Shown: positions 48,691-62,989 of the stretch, in pieces | Position numbering within the stretch: position 1 is the first letter of the stretch | How the letters are laid out: every line of letters starts with the position of its first letter | NCBI RefSeq assembly: GCF_009914755.1 | Contig: NC_060930.1 | Direction: 5' to 3' (one strand) | DNA length: 64,000 nt | Source: the human T2T-CHM13v2.0 reference genome, Homo sapiens | Translations under genes and position numbers: made by a program | Notes under the pieces: model-generated | The model's database searches: none | What the model was told of the DNA's origin: nothing | The model's input: the letters and a program-made list of their open reading frames with translations, nothing else

Positions 48691-49354
48691 TTCACTGAAT
48701 CTGTAAGCAAGAAATACCAATGATGGTTCACTTTGTCCCAGCACAATTCCCATATGAAGACAAATGATATAAAACATTAAAAAAATTAAGAAAAAATTAT
48801 CATGAAAAAATAGGGTAATAGTAAATAAATTTGGCCTTCAGCTAAACAGAGAGAGAAAATTCTATTTAACACAAACTGCATTTAATAGTGAAATAATTCC
48901 CAATTATCCTACATTTTAAAGCTTGTACTATCACACCTGAGGAAATTCTATTTATTTCTGAATTGGCATATAAACCTGTGCATAAATAATCTATTACATT
49001 TCTGTTTATTACATGATATTCACAGTGATATATTAAAATGTGATGATTTTAAATATATTGGTTATTTGGGAATTTTGACCCACAAATCTATAGCTATGCT
49101 GAGAAAGCCCTAAAGTAGAATTTTGCTTTATTTCAAAAAGTTTATTTTTCATGCTTCAATGATTTTCTTGCAAAATTCATTTAGTATTCATTGATTCTTG
49201 CATTTCTGAAAATCTTTCCAGAAGCATGATTTCCAGATTCTACTCTAACATTATCCTTTACAAATTTTACTAGATACTTTAATAATATTTGGATATTTCT
49301 GTATTTTTGACCTTTTCTCCACATGGGCTTGCATTATTTAATAAAATAATGAAT

Positions 49355-49600
49355 TTTATTTGGAAAAGGTCTTAGAGGTTATCTTACAGAAATCCCATCT
49401 CCAGTTAGATGGTTTTCCAGCCTTAGCTTAAGCACTTCCGGGGATTTGGCACTCTTTTCTAAGGGAATTCTTTTCAGAGTTTAAAAGATTTTCTTTTATT
49501 AGTCTAAATTATGCCGCTATATTACAGACATCTACTTGCTGGTTCTAGCATTTTCCTCTGTAGCAAAACTGGTTGTCCATAAGGTAACACTTCCAATTTT
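49355..49600 (-). mobile_element. CR1/L3 LINE 3' fragment
   Basis: 'tggaaaaggtcttagaggttatct...tccagccttagcttaagcacttccgggga' resembles the L3 3' end. Confidence 0.5.
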
Positions 49601-51804
49601 TAAAATTAATTCAAGCAGTTTTGCATTAAAATAATGGATTTGAGGTGTTTGTTACTATAATTATTCTAATCTATGTCATTGTTTTCTAAATGTTCAATTC
49701 ATATAATCAACTAATATACCTCATTTAATTTTTTTAAATTATAAGCCTTTGTCAGGAACCTCATTTGAATTTAAATTTCTTACCTGTATTTCCTCATATG
49801 CATGACCTTTTAATGTCAATATAATGTTGTTTTATGTGGATATCTCTTGTTCATTGTGTTCTGCATTCTAGGCTAAAAGTACTCAATTTTCAAATGAGTC
49901 TCATTACTTAGCTTTTGGTTTCTGCCATGTCCTAGCTGTTGTTCTCAGGATACTCTCTTGTTTGCCATTGTCTCTTCCAAAATGAACCTTCTAAAACCGG
50001 AGACAATGTTGTAAAGCTGGAATGACAATAACCAAACACACTTCTGAAACTGTCCTGAATTTGATATTATACATACAGTGAAAAAGTCATAGGCTTAGAC
50101 AACTCTGTGTCTTCCTCTACATGTCTTAGCCATTGAGTGATATTTCTGGGACCAAAACCTGTAACACCATGTTTTAGCTAAGAGTCCATCTTTTATGACA
50201 AATAAGTTAGGTTCTCATTCCAAAGACAGCTTCAAATATACTGTTAGTTCCTCTATTTTGTAAGTAGTCTTCTAACTCCATGTGAAAAATTGTCAGTTAC
50301 ATTCAAACTTCTATTTTTGGCTTACCTAGCTGAGATAATTTTGAATCATAATTCTGTTGTTCGAATTCATACATATAGCTTTCCATCTGATTAAAATGTG
50401 AAATAAAATCAAGTCTGTTTTGGCTAAAATTATCCTGATTCACAAGACACTATTGATAATAAATGGGATGCAAAATTTTAGAACCTGCCAAACATTCACC
50501 CAAAAACTCTAAAATTCTACAAAGGTATTATTATAATTAACTGTTAAAGTGCCTTGCTTGAAAGTTATTTTCCTTAATAACAGACTACTCTCTTTTTGTC
50601 TTTTCTTAACATTATAGACTCTTCCCCTTCATTGTTCATCTTCTTGCTTAAGAAATGTCTACAAATACTTTTATATTGCTCCTATTACTCTTCACAAGTC
50701 TCAATTTGTTCTGAGCTTTATTCTATGGATGCCATTCTTAGAGGTACATGGTACTCTTTTGTGTCCATTTCTCCTTAGATAATTTTTAATCCATCTGTGG
50801 CACCTATTTGTCAAAAAGATCACTTTTGATCAATCTGATATAATTTTATTGCCTATATTTACTTATATTATTGGCAAAGCAAACACTAAGTTTCCAGATC
50901 AAGGACAGAGTGTTATCACTTATAGCAATAGCTACATTAGTTCTTGATGTCTCATACTTACCTCTTTGGGGTGATGCAGTGAGGGCCAGCTGAGCCATGT
51001 ATGTGCAAAGAATTTTTTGCACTGCAGGAGAGAAAGCTCCAACTATGAATGTGGGAGTTAAATATAATCTACACAGTGCCCCCTGTCTTCCTGAGAAAAG
51101 GAGAGAAATCTTTGCTCCCTAATGTTTTAAGTCCTTTTGGAATGTAAAGGGATTTCATCCTTTGAAATGTAAACACCAAGAAGATAAAATATTTAAATCT
51201 TTTTCATGATCTTTCACTATTTGTTCAGTCATCTTTTAACTGCTAAGATTTATCCTTCAATCCAAATTCTAGCTTTCTTTTATCTTAAAGCTCTAACCAT
51301 GTAGAAATATGAAAATATTCACTCTCCTACACTATCCATAATCCTCTAATCCTTACATATGGAAGCGCCAACTAAGAAAAATATACCTATATATTTAATA
51401 AGAAGAAATAATAACAAAAAGGTAAATCTCTAACAAAAAGGTAAATAATAACAGAAAGGTAAATCTCTATAGGGGAAAGAGTAAAAAATGTTTAAGATTA
51501 TATTATTTGCTCTAATGATAAACTTGCTTCTAAGGGTGGGTTTAAGAAACCTTAATTTTTAGATGCCATTTTCTCATGCTTCACTGAAAGACTGATTAAT
51601 GCACATTGGGCATAATTAATTACTGGAAGAGATGGTGAAATCCTTCGCTGCTTCTCTTCTACACTTCCCTTAGCATCTTATCAAAACTACTATGATTGTC
51701 TTATATTTATACTCACATCTATCACCATTCTGTCTACAGCAAACAGATATATTTTTTTAACTCTCGTGATCTCTAAAATATTTAACAATTTTTTGGTACA
51801 CTTA

Positions 51805-52107
51805 TTTTATTTAATATTTTTTGAGACAGAGTCTAGCTTTGTCACCCAGGCTGGAGTGCAGTGGCATGAACACAGCTCACTGCAGCTTTGACATCCCAGG
51901 CCCAGGTGATTCTCCTGCCTCATTCCCCCAGGTAGTTGTAGGGACTACAGGCATGTACCACCACACCCAGCTAATTTTTGTATTTTTTGTAGAGATGGGG
52001 TTTCACTATGTTGCCCAGGCTGGTCTTGAACTTCTGGGCTCAAGTGACGCATCTGCCTCGGCCTCCCAGAGTGTTGGGATTACAGGAGTAAGCTACCACA
52101 CCTAGAC
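51805..52107 (-). mobile_element. AluJ
   Basis: Antisense dimeric Alu with J-type positions (cacagctcactgcagc, ctgggctcaagtg). Confidence 0.9.
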
Positions 52108-52205
52108 TGTATGCACATTTCAAATGGATGAATTGTACTGTATGCAAATCATATATCAATAAAGCTCTTTTTAAAACATGCTACCTGAAACACTGAGCAT
52201 AATTC

Positions 52206-52625
52206 ATTTCTTTCTTTTTTTTTTTTTTTTTTTACATTTCTGTGCAATCCTTAGCAGGTTTTCAGTTTTTTATTTCAATAGGTTTTGGGGGAATGGGTGA
52301 TGTTTGTTTACATTAATAAATTCTTTAGTGGTGATTTTTAAGATTTTGGTGCACCCATCACCTGAACGGTGTACACTGTACCCAATCTGTAATATTTTAT
52401 CTCTCATCCCCCTCCCCTCCTTTCCCTCGAGTCCCCAAAGTCCATTTCCTCATTCTTACGCCTTTGCATCCTCATAGCTTAGCTTCCACTTATGAGTGAG
52501 AACATATGATGTTTGGTTTTCTATTCCTGAGTTATTTCATTTAGAATAATGGTCTCCAATTCCATCCAGGTTTCTGCAAATGCCAATTGTTTCCTTTCTT
52601 TTTTGTGGCTGAGTAGTATTCAATG

Positions 52626-52677
<52 letters not shown>

Positions 52678-55600
52678 CACAATTTCTTTATTCAATTGTT
52701 GATTGTTGGGCATTTGGGCTCGTTCCATATTTTTGAATTTGTGAATTGTGCTGCTATAAACATGAGTGTGTAAGTATCTTTTTTTGTGTAATTACTTCTT
52801 TTCCTCTGGGTAGACAACCAGCAGAGGGATTGCCGGATCAAATGGTAGTTCTACTTTTAGTGCTTTGAGGAATGTCTACACCGTTTTCCACAGTGGTTGT
52901 AATAGTTTAGATTCCCACCAGCAGTGTAAAAGTGTTCCCTTTTCACCACATCCACACCAACATCTATTATTTTTTTTATTTTTGGATCATGGCCATTCTT
53001 GCAAGAGTAAAGTGGTATTGCATTGTGGTTTTGATTTGCATTACCCTGATCATTAGTCATGTGGAGCATTTTTCATATGTTTTTTGGCCATGTGTATATC
53101 TTAAGAACTGACTATTCATGTCCTTAGCACACTGTTTGATGGGATTGTTTGTTTTTCTATTACTGAGTTGCTTGAGTTTCTTGTAGATTCTGGATATTAG
53201 TTCTTTGCCAGATGTATATATTGCAAAGATTTTCTCCCATTCTGTGGGTTGTCTGTTTTTTCTGCTGACTTTTTCTTTTGCTGTGCAGAAGTTTTTAGTT
53301 TAATTAAGCCCCATCTATTTGTCTTTGTTTTTGTTGCATTTGCTTTTGGGTTCTTGGTCATGAAGTCTTTGCCTAAGCCAATGTCTGGAAGGGTTTTTCT
53401 GATGTTATCTTCTAAAATTTTTATGGTTACAGTTCTTTAAGTTCTTGATCCATCTTGAGTTTTTATATAAAATGAGAGATGAGGATCCAGTTTCATTCTA
53501 CTACATGTGGCTTGCCAATTTTCCCAGCAGCATTTGTTGAATATGCTGTCATTTCCCCACTTTATGTTTTGTTTGCTTTGTTGAAGATCAATTGACCGTA
53601 AGTATTTGGCTTTATCTCTGGGTTCTCTATTCTCTTCCATTGGTCTATGTGCCTATTTTTTATTACCAGTACCATGCTCTTTTGGTGACTACAGCCTTAT
53701 AGTATAGTTTGAATGTGGGTAATGTAATGTCTCTATATTTGTTCTTTTTGCTTAGTCTTGCTTTGGCTATGCACTCTCAAAATTCATATTGGTTTCATAT
53801 GAATTTTAGGATTGTTTATTCTAGTTCTGTGAAGAATGTTGGTGGTATTATGATGGGAATTGCACTGAATTTGTAGATTTCTTTTGGCATTATGGTCGTT
53901 TTTACAATATTGATTCTACCCATCCATGAGCATGGGATGTGTTTCCATTTGTTTGTGTCATCTATGATTTCCTTCAGCAGTGTTTTGTAGCTTTCTTTGC
54001 AGAGATCTTTCACATCCTTGATTATGTATACTCTTAAGTATTTTATTTTATTTTTTGCAACTATAGCAAAAGGGGTTGAGTTCTTGATTTGATTCTTGGT
54101 TTGGTTGCTGTGGTCTACAGCAGAGCTTCTGATTTGTGTACATTAATTTTGTATCCTGAAACTCTGCTGAATTCATTTCTCAGTTCTAGGAACTTTTTGG
54201 CAGAGTCTTTAGGGTTTTCTATGTATATTATCATATCATCAGCAAAAAGCAACAGTTCGAATTCTACTTTACTGATTTGGATGCCTTTTATTTCTTTTTC
54301 TTGTCTGATTGCTCTGGCTAGGACTTCCAGTACTATGATGAATAGAAGTGGTGAGAGTGGGCATCTTTGTCTTTTTCTAGTTCCTAGGGAAAATGCTTTC
54401 AACTTTCCCTCCTTCAGTATTATGTTGGCTGTTGGTTTGTTATAGATGGCTTTTATTACTTTGAGGTATGTTCCTTTTATGCCGATTTTGCTGAGGGCTT
54501 TAATCATAAAATGATGCTGGATTTTGTAATGCTTTTCTGCATCTATTGAGATGATCATGTGATTTTTGTTTTTAATTCTGTTTATGTGGTGTATCATATG
54601 TTAAACTTGCATATGTTAAACCATCCCTGCATCCCTGGTATGAAACCTACTTCATCATGGTGGATTATCTTCTTGATATGCTGTTGGATTCAGTTAGTTA
54701 GGATTTTAGGATTTCTTTGATGATTTTTTCACTATGTTCATCAGGGATATTGGTCTATAGTTTTCTTTTTCTTTATATCCTTTCCTGGTTTTGGTATTAG
54801 GATGATACTGGTTTCACAGATTGATTTAGGGAGGATTCCCTCTTTGTCTTGTAGAATAGTATCAATAGGATTGGTAATAATTTTTCTTTGAACGTCTGTT
54901 GGAATTCAGCTGTGAATCTGTCTGATCCCGGACTTTTTTCTTGGCAACTTTTTTATTACCATTTCAATCTCACTGCTTGTTATTGGTCTGTTCAGAGTTT
55001 CTATTTCTCCCTGGTTTAATGTAGGAGGGTTGTATATTTCCAGAAATTTATTCCTCTCCTCTAGGTTTTCTAGTTTATGCATGTAAAGGTGTTCATAGTA
55101 GCCTTTAATAATCTTTTGTATTTCTGTGGTATTTGTTGTAATAGCTCCTGTTTCATTTCTAATTTATTTGGATCTTCTCTCTTCTTTTCTTGGTTAATCT
55201 TACTAATGGTGTATCAATTTTATCTTTTCAAAGAATCAGCTTTTGTTTCATTTATCTTTTGTAATTCTTTTTTCAATTTCATTTTGTTCTGCTCTGATCT
55301 TTGTTATTTCTTTTCTTTTTCTGGGTTTGGGTTTGGATTGGTCTTATTTCTCTAGTTTCTTGAGGTGTGACCTTACATTGTTTATGTGTGCTCTTTCAGA
55401 AATTTTGATATAGGCATTTAAGGGTATGAACTTTCCTCTTAGCACTGCCTTTGCTCTATCCCAGAGGTTTTGGTAAATTGTATCACTATTATCATTCAGT
55501 TCAAATAATTTCTTAATTTCCATCTTGATTTCATTGTTGACCCAGTGATTATTCAGGAGCAGATCATTTAATTTCCATTTATTTGCATGATTTTGAGTAT

Positions 55601-58475
55601 TCCTTTTTGAGTTAATTTCCAATTTTATTCCACTATGGTCTGATAGAGTACCTGATATAATTTTGATTTTCTTAAATTTATTGAGACTTGTTTTGTGGCC
55701 TATCATATGGTCAACCTTGGAGAATGTTCCATGTGCTGATGAATAGAATGTGTATTCTGTAGTTGTTGAGTAGAATGTTCTGTAAGTATGTGTTAAGTCC
55801 ATTTGTTCTGGTATATAGTTTAAATTCATTGTTTCTTTGTTGACTTTCTGTCTTGATGACCTGTCTAGTGTTGTCAGTGGTGTACTGAAGTCCCTCACCA
55901 CTATTTTGTTGCTATTTCATCTTGTAGATCTAGTAGTAATTGTTTTATAAATTTGTGATCTCCAGTGTTAAGTGCATATATATTTATGATTGTGATATTT
56001 TCCTGGTGGATAAGTCCTTTTATCATTATGTAATATCCCTCTTTGTCTTTTTAAACTGCTGTTTCTTTAAAGTTTGTTTTGTCTGATATAAGGATAGCTA
56101 CTCCTGCTTGCTTTTGGCGTCCATTTGCAAAGAATATTTTCTTCCAACCTTTTACCTTAAGTTTATGTGAGTCCTTATGTGTTAAGCGAGTTTCCTGAAG
56201 ACAGCAGATACTTAGCTGATGAATTCTTATTATTTTGCCATTTTGTATCTTTTAAGTGGAGCAGTTAGGTCATTTACATTCAATGTTAGTATTGAGATGT
56301 AAGGTACTATTCATTGTGCTATTTTTTGCCTGAATACCTTGTTTTTTTAAAAATATTGTGTTTTTGTTGCATATGTTTTGTGAGATTTATGTGTTAAGGA
56401 GGTTCTATTTTGGTATATTTTAAGGATTTGTTTTAAGATTTAGAGCTCCTTTTAGCAGTTCTTGTAGTGCTGCCTTGGTAGTGGTAAATTCTCTCAGCAT
56501 TTGTTTGTCTGAAAAAGGCTGTATCTTTCCTTCATTAATGAAGCTTTCTTTCACTGATTACAAAATTCTTGGCTGATAATTGTTTTGTTTAAGTAGGCTA
56601 AAGATAGGGACCCAATCCTATCTAGCTTGTAGGGTTTCTGCTGAGAAATGGGCTGTTAATCTGATAGATCTTCCTTTATAGGTTACCTCATGCTTTTGCC
56701 TTACAGCTCTTGAGGTTCTTTCCTTTGTCTTAACTTTAGATAACCTGATGACTATGTGCCTAGGTGATGATCTTCTTGTGACAAATTTCCCAGGTGTTCT
56801 TTGAGCTTTTTGTATTTGAATGTCTAGATCTCTAACAAGGCAGGGAAAGTTTTCTTCAATTATTCCCTCAAATATGTTTTCTGAACATTTAGATTTTTCT
56901 TCTTCCACAGGAACAACAATTATTCTTAGGTTTGTTTGTTTAACATAATCCCAAAACTTCTTGGAGGCTTTGTTAATTTTTTAAAAGTTTTTTTTTTTGG
57001 TCTTTTTTTTTGGATTAGGTCAATTTGAAAATCTTATCTTTGATCTCTGAAGTTCTTTCTTCTGCTTGTTTGATTATATTGCTGAGACTTTCCAGTGTAT
57101 TTTACATTTCTCTAAGTGTGTCCTTCATTTCTAGAAATATGATTGCTTTTTATTTATGCTATCTATTTCACTGAAGATTTTTCCTTTCATGTCTTGTATC
57201 ATTATTTTTTTTTATTTCATTAAGTTGGACTCAACTTTCTCTGGTGCCTCCTTGATTAGCTTAATAATCAACCTTCTAATTTCTTTTTCTGGCAATTCAG
57301 GGATTTCTTCTTGGTTTGGATCCATTGCTGGTAAGCTAGTGTAATCTTTTGGGGGTGTTAAAGAACCTTGTTTTGTCATACTACCAGAATTGTTTTTCTG
57401 GTTCCTTCGCATTTTTGAAACTATATCAGAGGAAAGATGTGGGACTCATGGGCTGCTATTCAGACTCTTTTGTCCCATGGGGTGCTCCCTTGATGTGGTG
57501 TTCCTCCTTTTCCCCCAGGGAAGGAGCTTCCTGAGAGCTGAACTGCAGTCATTGTTATTTCTCTTCTGGAACTAGCCATCCAGTGGAGCTACCAAGCTCT
57601 GCGCTGGTATTGGGGGATTTAGGCACAGTACTGTGATGTCAACCATCTTCAGGTCTCTCAGTTGTGGATACCAGCACCTCCTCTAGTGGAGGTGGCAGGG
57701 GAGTAAAATGGGCTCTGTGAAGGTCCTTAGCTTTAGTTTTGTTTATTACACTAATTTTGTGTTGATTGGCCTCCAGCCAGGAGGTAGCACTTTTTAAAGA
57801 ACATGAGTTGCGGTAGTGTAGGGAGGATCAGGTGGCGGGTGGGGTCTTAGAGTTTCCAAGAGAATGTGTCCTTTGTCTTTGGCCACCAGGATGGGTAGAG
57901 AAAGGCCATCAGGTGGGGGCAGGGTTAGGTGTGTCTGAACTCAGACTCTTCTTGGGTGGGGCTTGCTGGGCTGCTATGGGTATGGGGGTGTCATTCTCAA
58001 GCCAATGGAGTTATGTTCCCAGGGGGATTATGGCTGCCTCTTCTGTGTCACCCCAGGGAAGTGGGGTAAAGCCGGCAATTACAGGCCTCATCCAGCTCTC
58101 CTGCAGCCCAAGAGGCCAGTCTCACTCCCACTGTGCCCCTACAACTGCACCAAGTTTATTTCCGGGCAGCTGATGAGCAGGGCTGAGAACTTGCCCCAGG
58201 CCACCAACCTCCTGGCTGAGAAAGCAAGTAAGCCTCTCAGGTATCGCACTTCCCCACCTGCCACAGGGAAGTGCGATACTGCCATTCTCTTCCCCATGGC
58301 AGGTGGGGAAGTGTGATACTGCCATTCTCTTGGCTTTCCTGGTATGCTCCTGCAATAGTACTTGGAGCAAAAGTTCACAGTATGCGTCTCCACACACTGC
58401 TCTGTCTGAGTGGGAGCTGCAAGTTAGTCCTGCCTCCTATCCATGATTTTTTTCCAACAATTTCTTTTCTTTTTT
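52206..58475 (-). mobile_element. Near full-length degenerate L1PB (body 52266-58455), with probable TSDs at 52206-20 and 58460-75
   Basis: L1PB 3' end (tatttcaataggtttt), broken ORF2 and ORF1 peptides in the track (54115, 55344, 56618, 57212), and the L1PB-type 5' end (gcaagttagtcctgcctcctatcc). Confidence 0.9.
52635..52672. repeat. (TA)n microsatellite inside L1PB
   Basis: Direct inspection. Confidence 0.95.
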
Positions 58476-58762
58476 AACTTAACCTCTAAATTATTATACT
58501 TAGAATGTAATTCAAATTTATTAACTCTTCAAGCTTAATTTGTCTTCTGCCTACTTCTCTGGCATTACCTTTCCCTTTTTCCCCTTTTCTCACAATACTT
58601 TAGCCACAGTGGCCCTGAGATATTTAAACAACAAAACAAGATCTATCCACTTCATGGCTTCTCATACTAGTTTGCTTTGCCTAGAACGTGCCTTCAAGTG
58701 AGAACTAGACCCATCTAACCTCCAGATGGCTTCCACCTTTTCTTATCTATCAAGTTACAACT

Positions 58763-60735
58763 TGTAACAGATTTGGGTAATTATCCACCAACAAAAACAT
58801 GTTCCCCCTTCCAAAGTGTAGAGTCATCACAGGAAGCATTGCATTTCCCATCCCCTTTGCTGCTAATTAGAGCCATGTGCCTAGTTCTGGACATGGCAAT
58901 ATGAGCAGACATGCCATGTGCCACTTCAAGGTCTGGCTATTAAAATTTTTCCTCATGCTTCCTCATTCCCTCTCCACTGTCTGTAGGGCTAGAATTAAGG
59001 TAACCACAAGTGTCTTTGAAAACAACATATTGGAGATGTAAGAGACTCCATCAGAATGGGTACTTGGATAACTGAGGGGACAAGGGTGGCCCCACTAATC
59101 TGTTCACCTAGCTAACAGTTTTACATAAATGTAACTAATCCCTTGTAAGCCAGCATACACTTTAAAGTATAATTTTTGTGGCAGCTAGTCTACCCTTATG
59201 AATACAGAGAAGTATGGCCTTCAACAACTTAGAAGGCAGAGCAAGTGCACCAAATTTGGTAGTTCTAAAAGAGGTTGGAGAGCACAATGTTAGTAACCTG
59301 GGTTGTTTGACGCTCTATGGAAGGTATTTAAAAAAACTAGCTTGGGCAAGAATTAGCTGATTTTTGAACAGAAACAAAAGAGAAGAGAGAGGATCTAGAA
59401 ACTAAAATAGTAGGAAACAAGATTTACAAAGGACTAAAAACACAGGTTCATCAAAGTTTCTCATTAAGCAGAGGATCTCAGTTTTGAAAAGTTTAAGTTA
59501 AAAATTCTTCCCTTCCACTCAAGTGTAATGTTTCACATGGCCTCAAGGTAGCTGTCATAAAGAGACAGAGATGTGGAAGCAGAGAAATAAATCAGACTTA
59601 AGAAGTATGTCCAGGATAAAATTTAAGTTGTAGTTACTGGCACCTCATACTGACTGGAGGCATCTGGTACTGACTGAAGCCTATCATTTTTGAAAGAATT
59701 TTGTTTCCAAAAAATGATTAGCCTGAACCAAAAAAGTCTTTGACTGTTAAAGCCTTATAACAACTTTCTAGCTACTTAATGTGTATGTGTAACAAGTAAG
59801 GAGCTGAGAAATCTGTCAAAGAGGGCATACCCTTCAACATTCCTCTTTAGATGTAGCTCTGGGCAATAGGTGAACAATAGGTTCTTCCAAATAATTCAGA
59901 TAAGATCTGAGTAAATGAGAGACCATCCCTCGCTGCCAGGGTGGGGACTTCTACAATGACTGCCAGTGAGGATACCATGATTGCTATGGATGGGTGATTG
60001 CTGTGTATCTGGTATTCTTTAACACTTCGAAAGTGGGTTTTAATTGCCATCCTTGCTCCACCCACCTTGTAAAATGGAAATGTGGGGTTGGAGGATGAAA
60101 ATAAATGGCTTTAGTGGACATCACGAGATTATGAGAAGCCACTTTTATACCTAATTGAAAAAAAGCATGCATCTCCTGCATATCCTGGACTTTGTACTGG
60201 ATGCAGTGACTGGATTGGACTTTGAATTACTTCCTCATGAATGGAATACAGAGTGATATTTGGAGGGGTGAGAGATAGATTGTGGAAGAGATAGCTAATT
60301 GTTCACCAAAAACATATTTCCTCTTCCATATTACGGAGTTTTTTAAGGGAGGTACAAGGCAAATTTTTCCAGGCTTTCTTGTATGTACTTGTAGCTGGGA
60401 TCGTGTGACCAGTTGTATTCGATGCAATGTCAGTAGATGAGACTTGAGTCACTTACAACACTGGCCCATAAAATGTCCCTGGCAATCCTCTTGTTTTTGT
60501 TTGTTTGTTTTTCATTCCAGTCAGTGAAACTGAAGAAAACTTCCAGGGTATCTTAGAGGCCTTATTTTAAAGACAGCAGAGCCTCTTTAAGTTTATTTAT
60601 GGAAGATAGCATTTAGGAGTGTGATTCTGCTGACAAACACATCTGCCATCTATGTTAAGAGGGCAACAGCTGAGTTTCTGTTGTGTTAGAGTGATTATAC
60701 ATATGTGAATCTATTTGATTCACTTCTTTTGAGAA
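58763..60735 (+). mobile_element. Old MaLR element, MLT1G/H/I-like: LTR (~58763-59205), internal region, LTR (~60281-60735)
   Basis: Two related LTR-like blocks (taatt.t.cacca.aaacat.ttcc.cttcc...gtg.c.agtt.t...cactt.caa..ctggc.ataaaat) flank MLT1-int-like sequence with a purine tract before LTR2. Confidence 0.65.
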
Positions 60736-61067
60736 CATTCCTATTCAGATAACATCTATCTGAATGCCTGGACATGTAGAAATGGTTAGTAAATTTTTTT
60801 AATGACTCAATAAATGTATAATTTTTTAAACAAACTCTTTGAGTTGTGACTTTCAACATATTTCTTCTTCTAATATTTTACCAGTTAAAGTAGATTAACC
60901 ATTTAGATATATTGTTACCTAACCAAACATACCCTATTTGTTATATAAACTGTCAGCTTGCTGTTTTTCTCTCAACTCACAATATACTAGTTGTCTCCAT
61001 TGTGACCTTTAAAAAATTTTATTTCATCTGGATAGTTTCTCAGAACTGTTACTGTCACTCACTCACT

Positions 61068-61070
<3 letters not shown>

Positions 61071-61104
<34 letters not shown>
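61071..61104. repeat. (CA)n microsatellite
   Basis: Direct inspection. Confidence 0.95.
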
Positions 61105-61105
<1 letters not shown>

Positions 61106-62127
61106 ACAGAGAAATAGAATTCCTGGAATTAGCAAGAAAAAGAAACCTCCTGGAATTACTAACTCATTCTTTTACTCTCCGAAGAAAATTAATGTAGTGT
61201 TAAGCTACTGATGATGTGATGGTCTCTCTTTTAATATAATAAACATTGAAGGTTGTTGACCTCATTGTGACTGCAAGAATTTATTATTTGGTTCTTCACA
61301 AAAATATCTAGGCTCTTTCTCATGTCCACTCTTTTGGCTCAAGCAGACAATGATTTGGCCACAGGCACTGGAAAAAGGTTTTCCTTTTTGTCTCTAGCAG
61401 TGTTTGGTTATGTGCATTTCTAGGGTCTAACTCTTTTGCTCTATGAGCTCAGAACCTTTCTAAGAATCAAAAATATAGGAAACTAACAATGCAATGCATT
61501 ATTACATTAAGCACTGACTCATTTTAACTTGGCAAATTATGAGATTTATTTTTTACTGTAGCAAAAATACTCCTTTCCATGGAACTTCTATTTCAAGCCA
61601 CATACAAATTATCATGTCCTTATCACCAGAGTTTAAATGTTCAAAGTTGACTTTGTGGTCACATTCTTGTAATTCAAGTTTTCAAAAGAAGCAAAATCTC
61701 AAGTTTGTAATTTTATTCAATGTTAAAATGAGGTTTATAAAGAACAAGTGGTATTTAGGCCATAAATTAAGAAATGTACTTTTTTTTTGCAGAAAAACTA
61801 TCATGGGACAGAGACTCATTCTTTGAACTTGTTTTGTATGCATGTGTTTGTGGTCTGTTTAAAGCCTTTCGATGAATAAGAGACCTTCATTTTAGCACAA
61901 CTCAACAAAAGCTCCCAAACTATGCACTTTTAAAACCTATTTCATGGAACAAAAACATTTCTTATATTTTAAGATAAATATCTTTTCAAGAAAAAGAAAT
62001 ATTTCCTTGGTAGGCCTGCAAAGGGAACAAAGTCATAGATCTACATGATAATTTGCTGAATGTGAATATCACAATTTTCAGCTATAGAAAATTTCTAGTG
62101 AAGTTCTGTGTAACACTTAACACCTAG

Positions 62128-62705
62128 TAGGTGACCATCTCATCCTAGTTTGCTTAGGACTGGCCACGATGGACTTAACATTCTCCTCGGTTTGACTGAA
62201 CTTTAGACAGGGTTTCTCCAGACCCTTGGCCCTAAGACCCTTGGCTCTTTCTTAGAGCACTTATTTTGGAAAGTTTTCCATTGTAAATTCTTTCTCTGCC
62301 CCTTAGAGATGAAAAGTTGTTTTACAACCCAGAAATGTCTTTCTCAAAGACCTGGGAGTTATCCCTTTGATAGGTAATCATCAAGAAAGATGGCATCTCT
62401 ATATTCCAGTTTCTGTGGAAGGATAGGAGCCTAATATTTTAAAAGTAGCAAACAGAGATGACTTAACATTGACTATCTATCCCCTAACATTTTACTATAC
62501 TTTTCCCACTATCTACCCCAGAATTTAAAAACCCAGTCACCTTTTGTTTTAGTGGAGTTGGGTTCAATCTCTGTCCTCTATTGCAATAGTCTTAAATAAA
62601 GTCTTCCTTGCTTGACTTTATCTGATGCATTTTTTTCTTTGACAAGATGCTTCGAGAGATGGTATTGAAAGTCCAAATCCCTAGAACCTTCTGGGACAAT
62701 TAGGC
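62128..62705 (+). mobile_element. ERV1 solo LTR (MER67/MER31-like, ~62170-62644) inserted into a MER81-like hAT-Blackjack MITE
   Basis: LTR motifs 'actttagacagg', 'tgtaaattctttctctgcccct', 'aataaagtcttcctt...ttctttgaca'. Flanks 'ggtgaccatctcatcctagtttgc.taggactg' and 'gaaagtcc'. Confidence 0.6.
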
Positions 62706-62989
62706 TTGTTTGTTTTGTTTGGTTTGATTTTTTTGCACAGTCCTATAGCCTATTTATATGGTTCTGAAGCCTGCTGATCTCTCAAAAAATCATTGCCAAA
62801 GACCCTATCATTATATGTGGTGGTCTGCATATTATTCTTCTGCTGAACAGGGTAAGTGCTTAATAAATATTTGTCCAATAAATAAATTGAGAGCATTGAA
62901 AACAATTATGAACACACACTGATGCTATTGGAACATTTGTCTTCATTATTAGATCAATGCAGAATATACAATGATCTTTGTTCACTTAC

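Noticed and set aside
50954-50963. atacttacct matching the U1 snRNA 5' end
   Set aside because: The downstream sequence does not follow U1; at most an isolated minus-strand donor motif.
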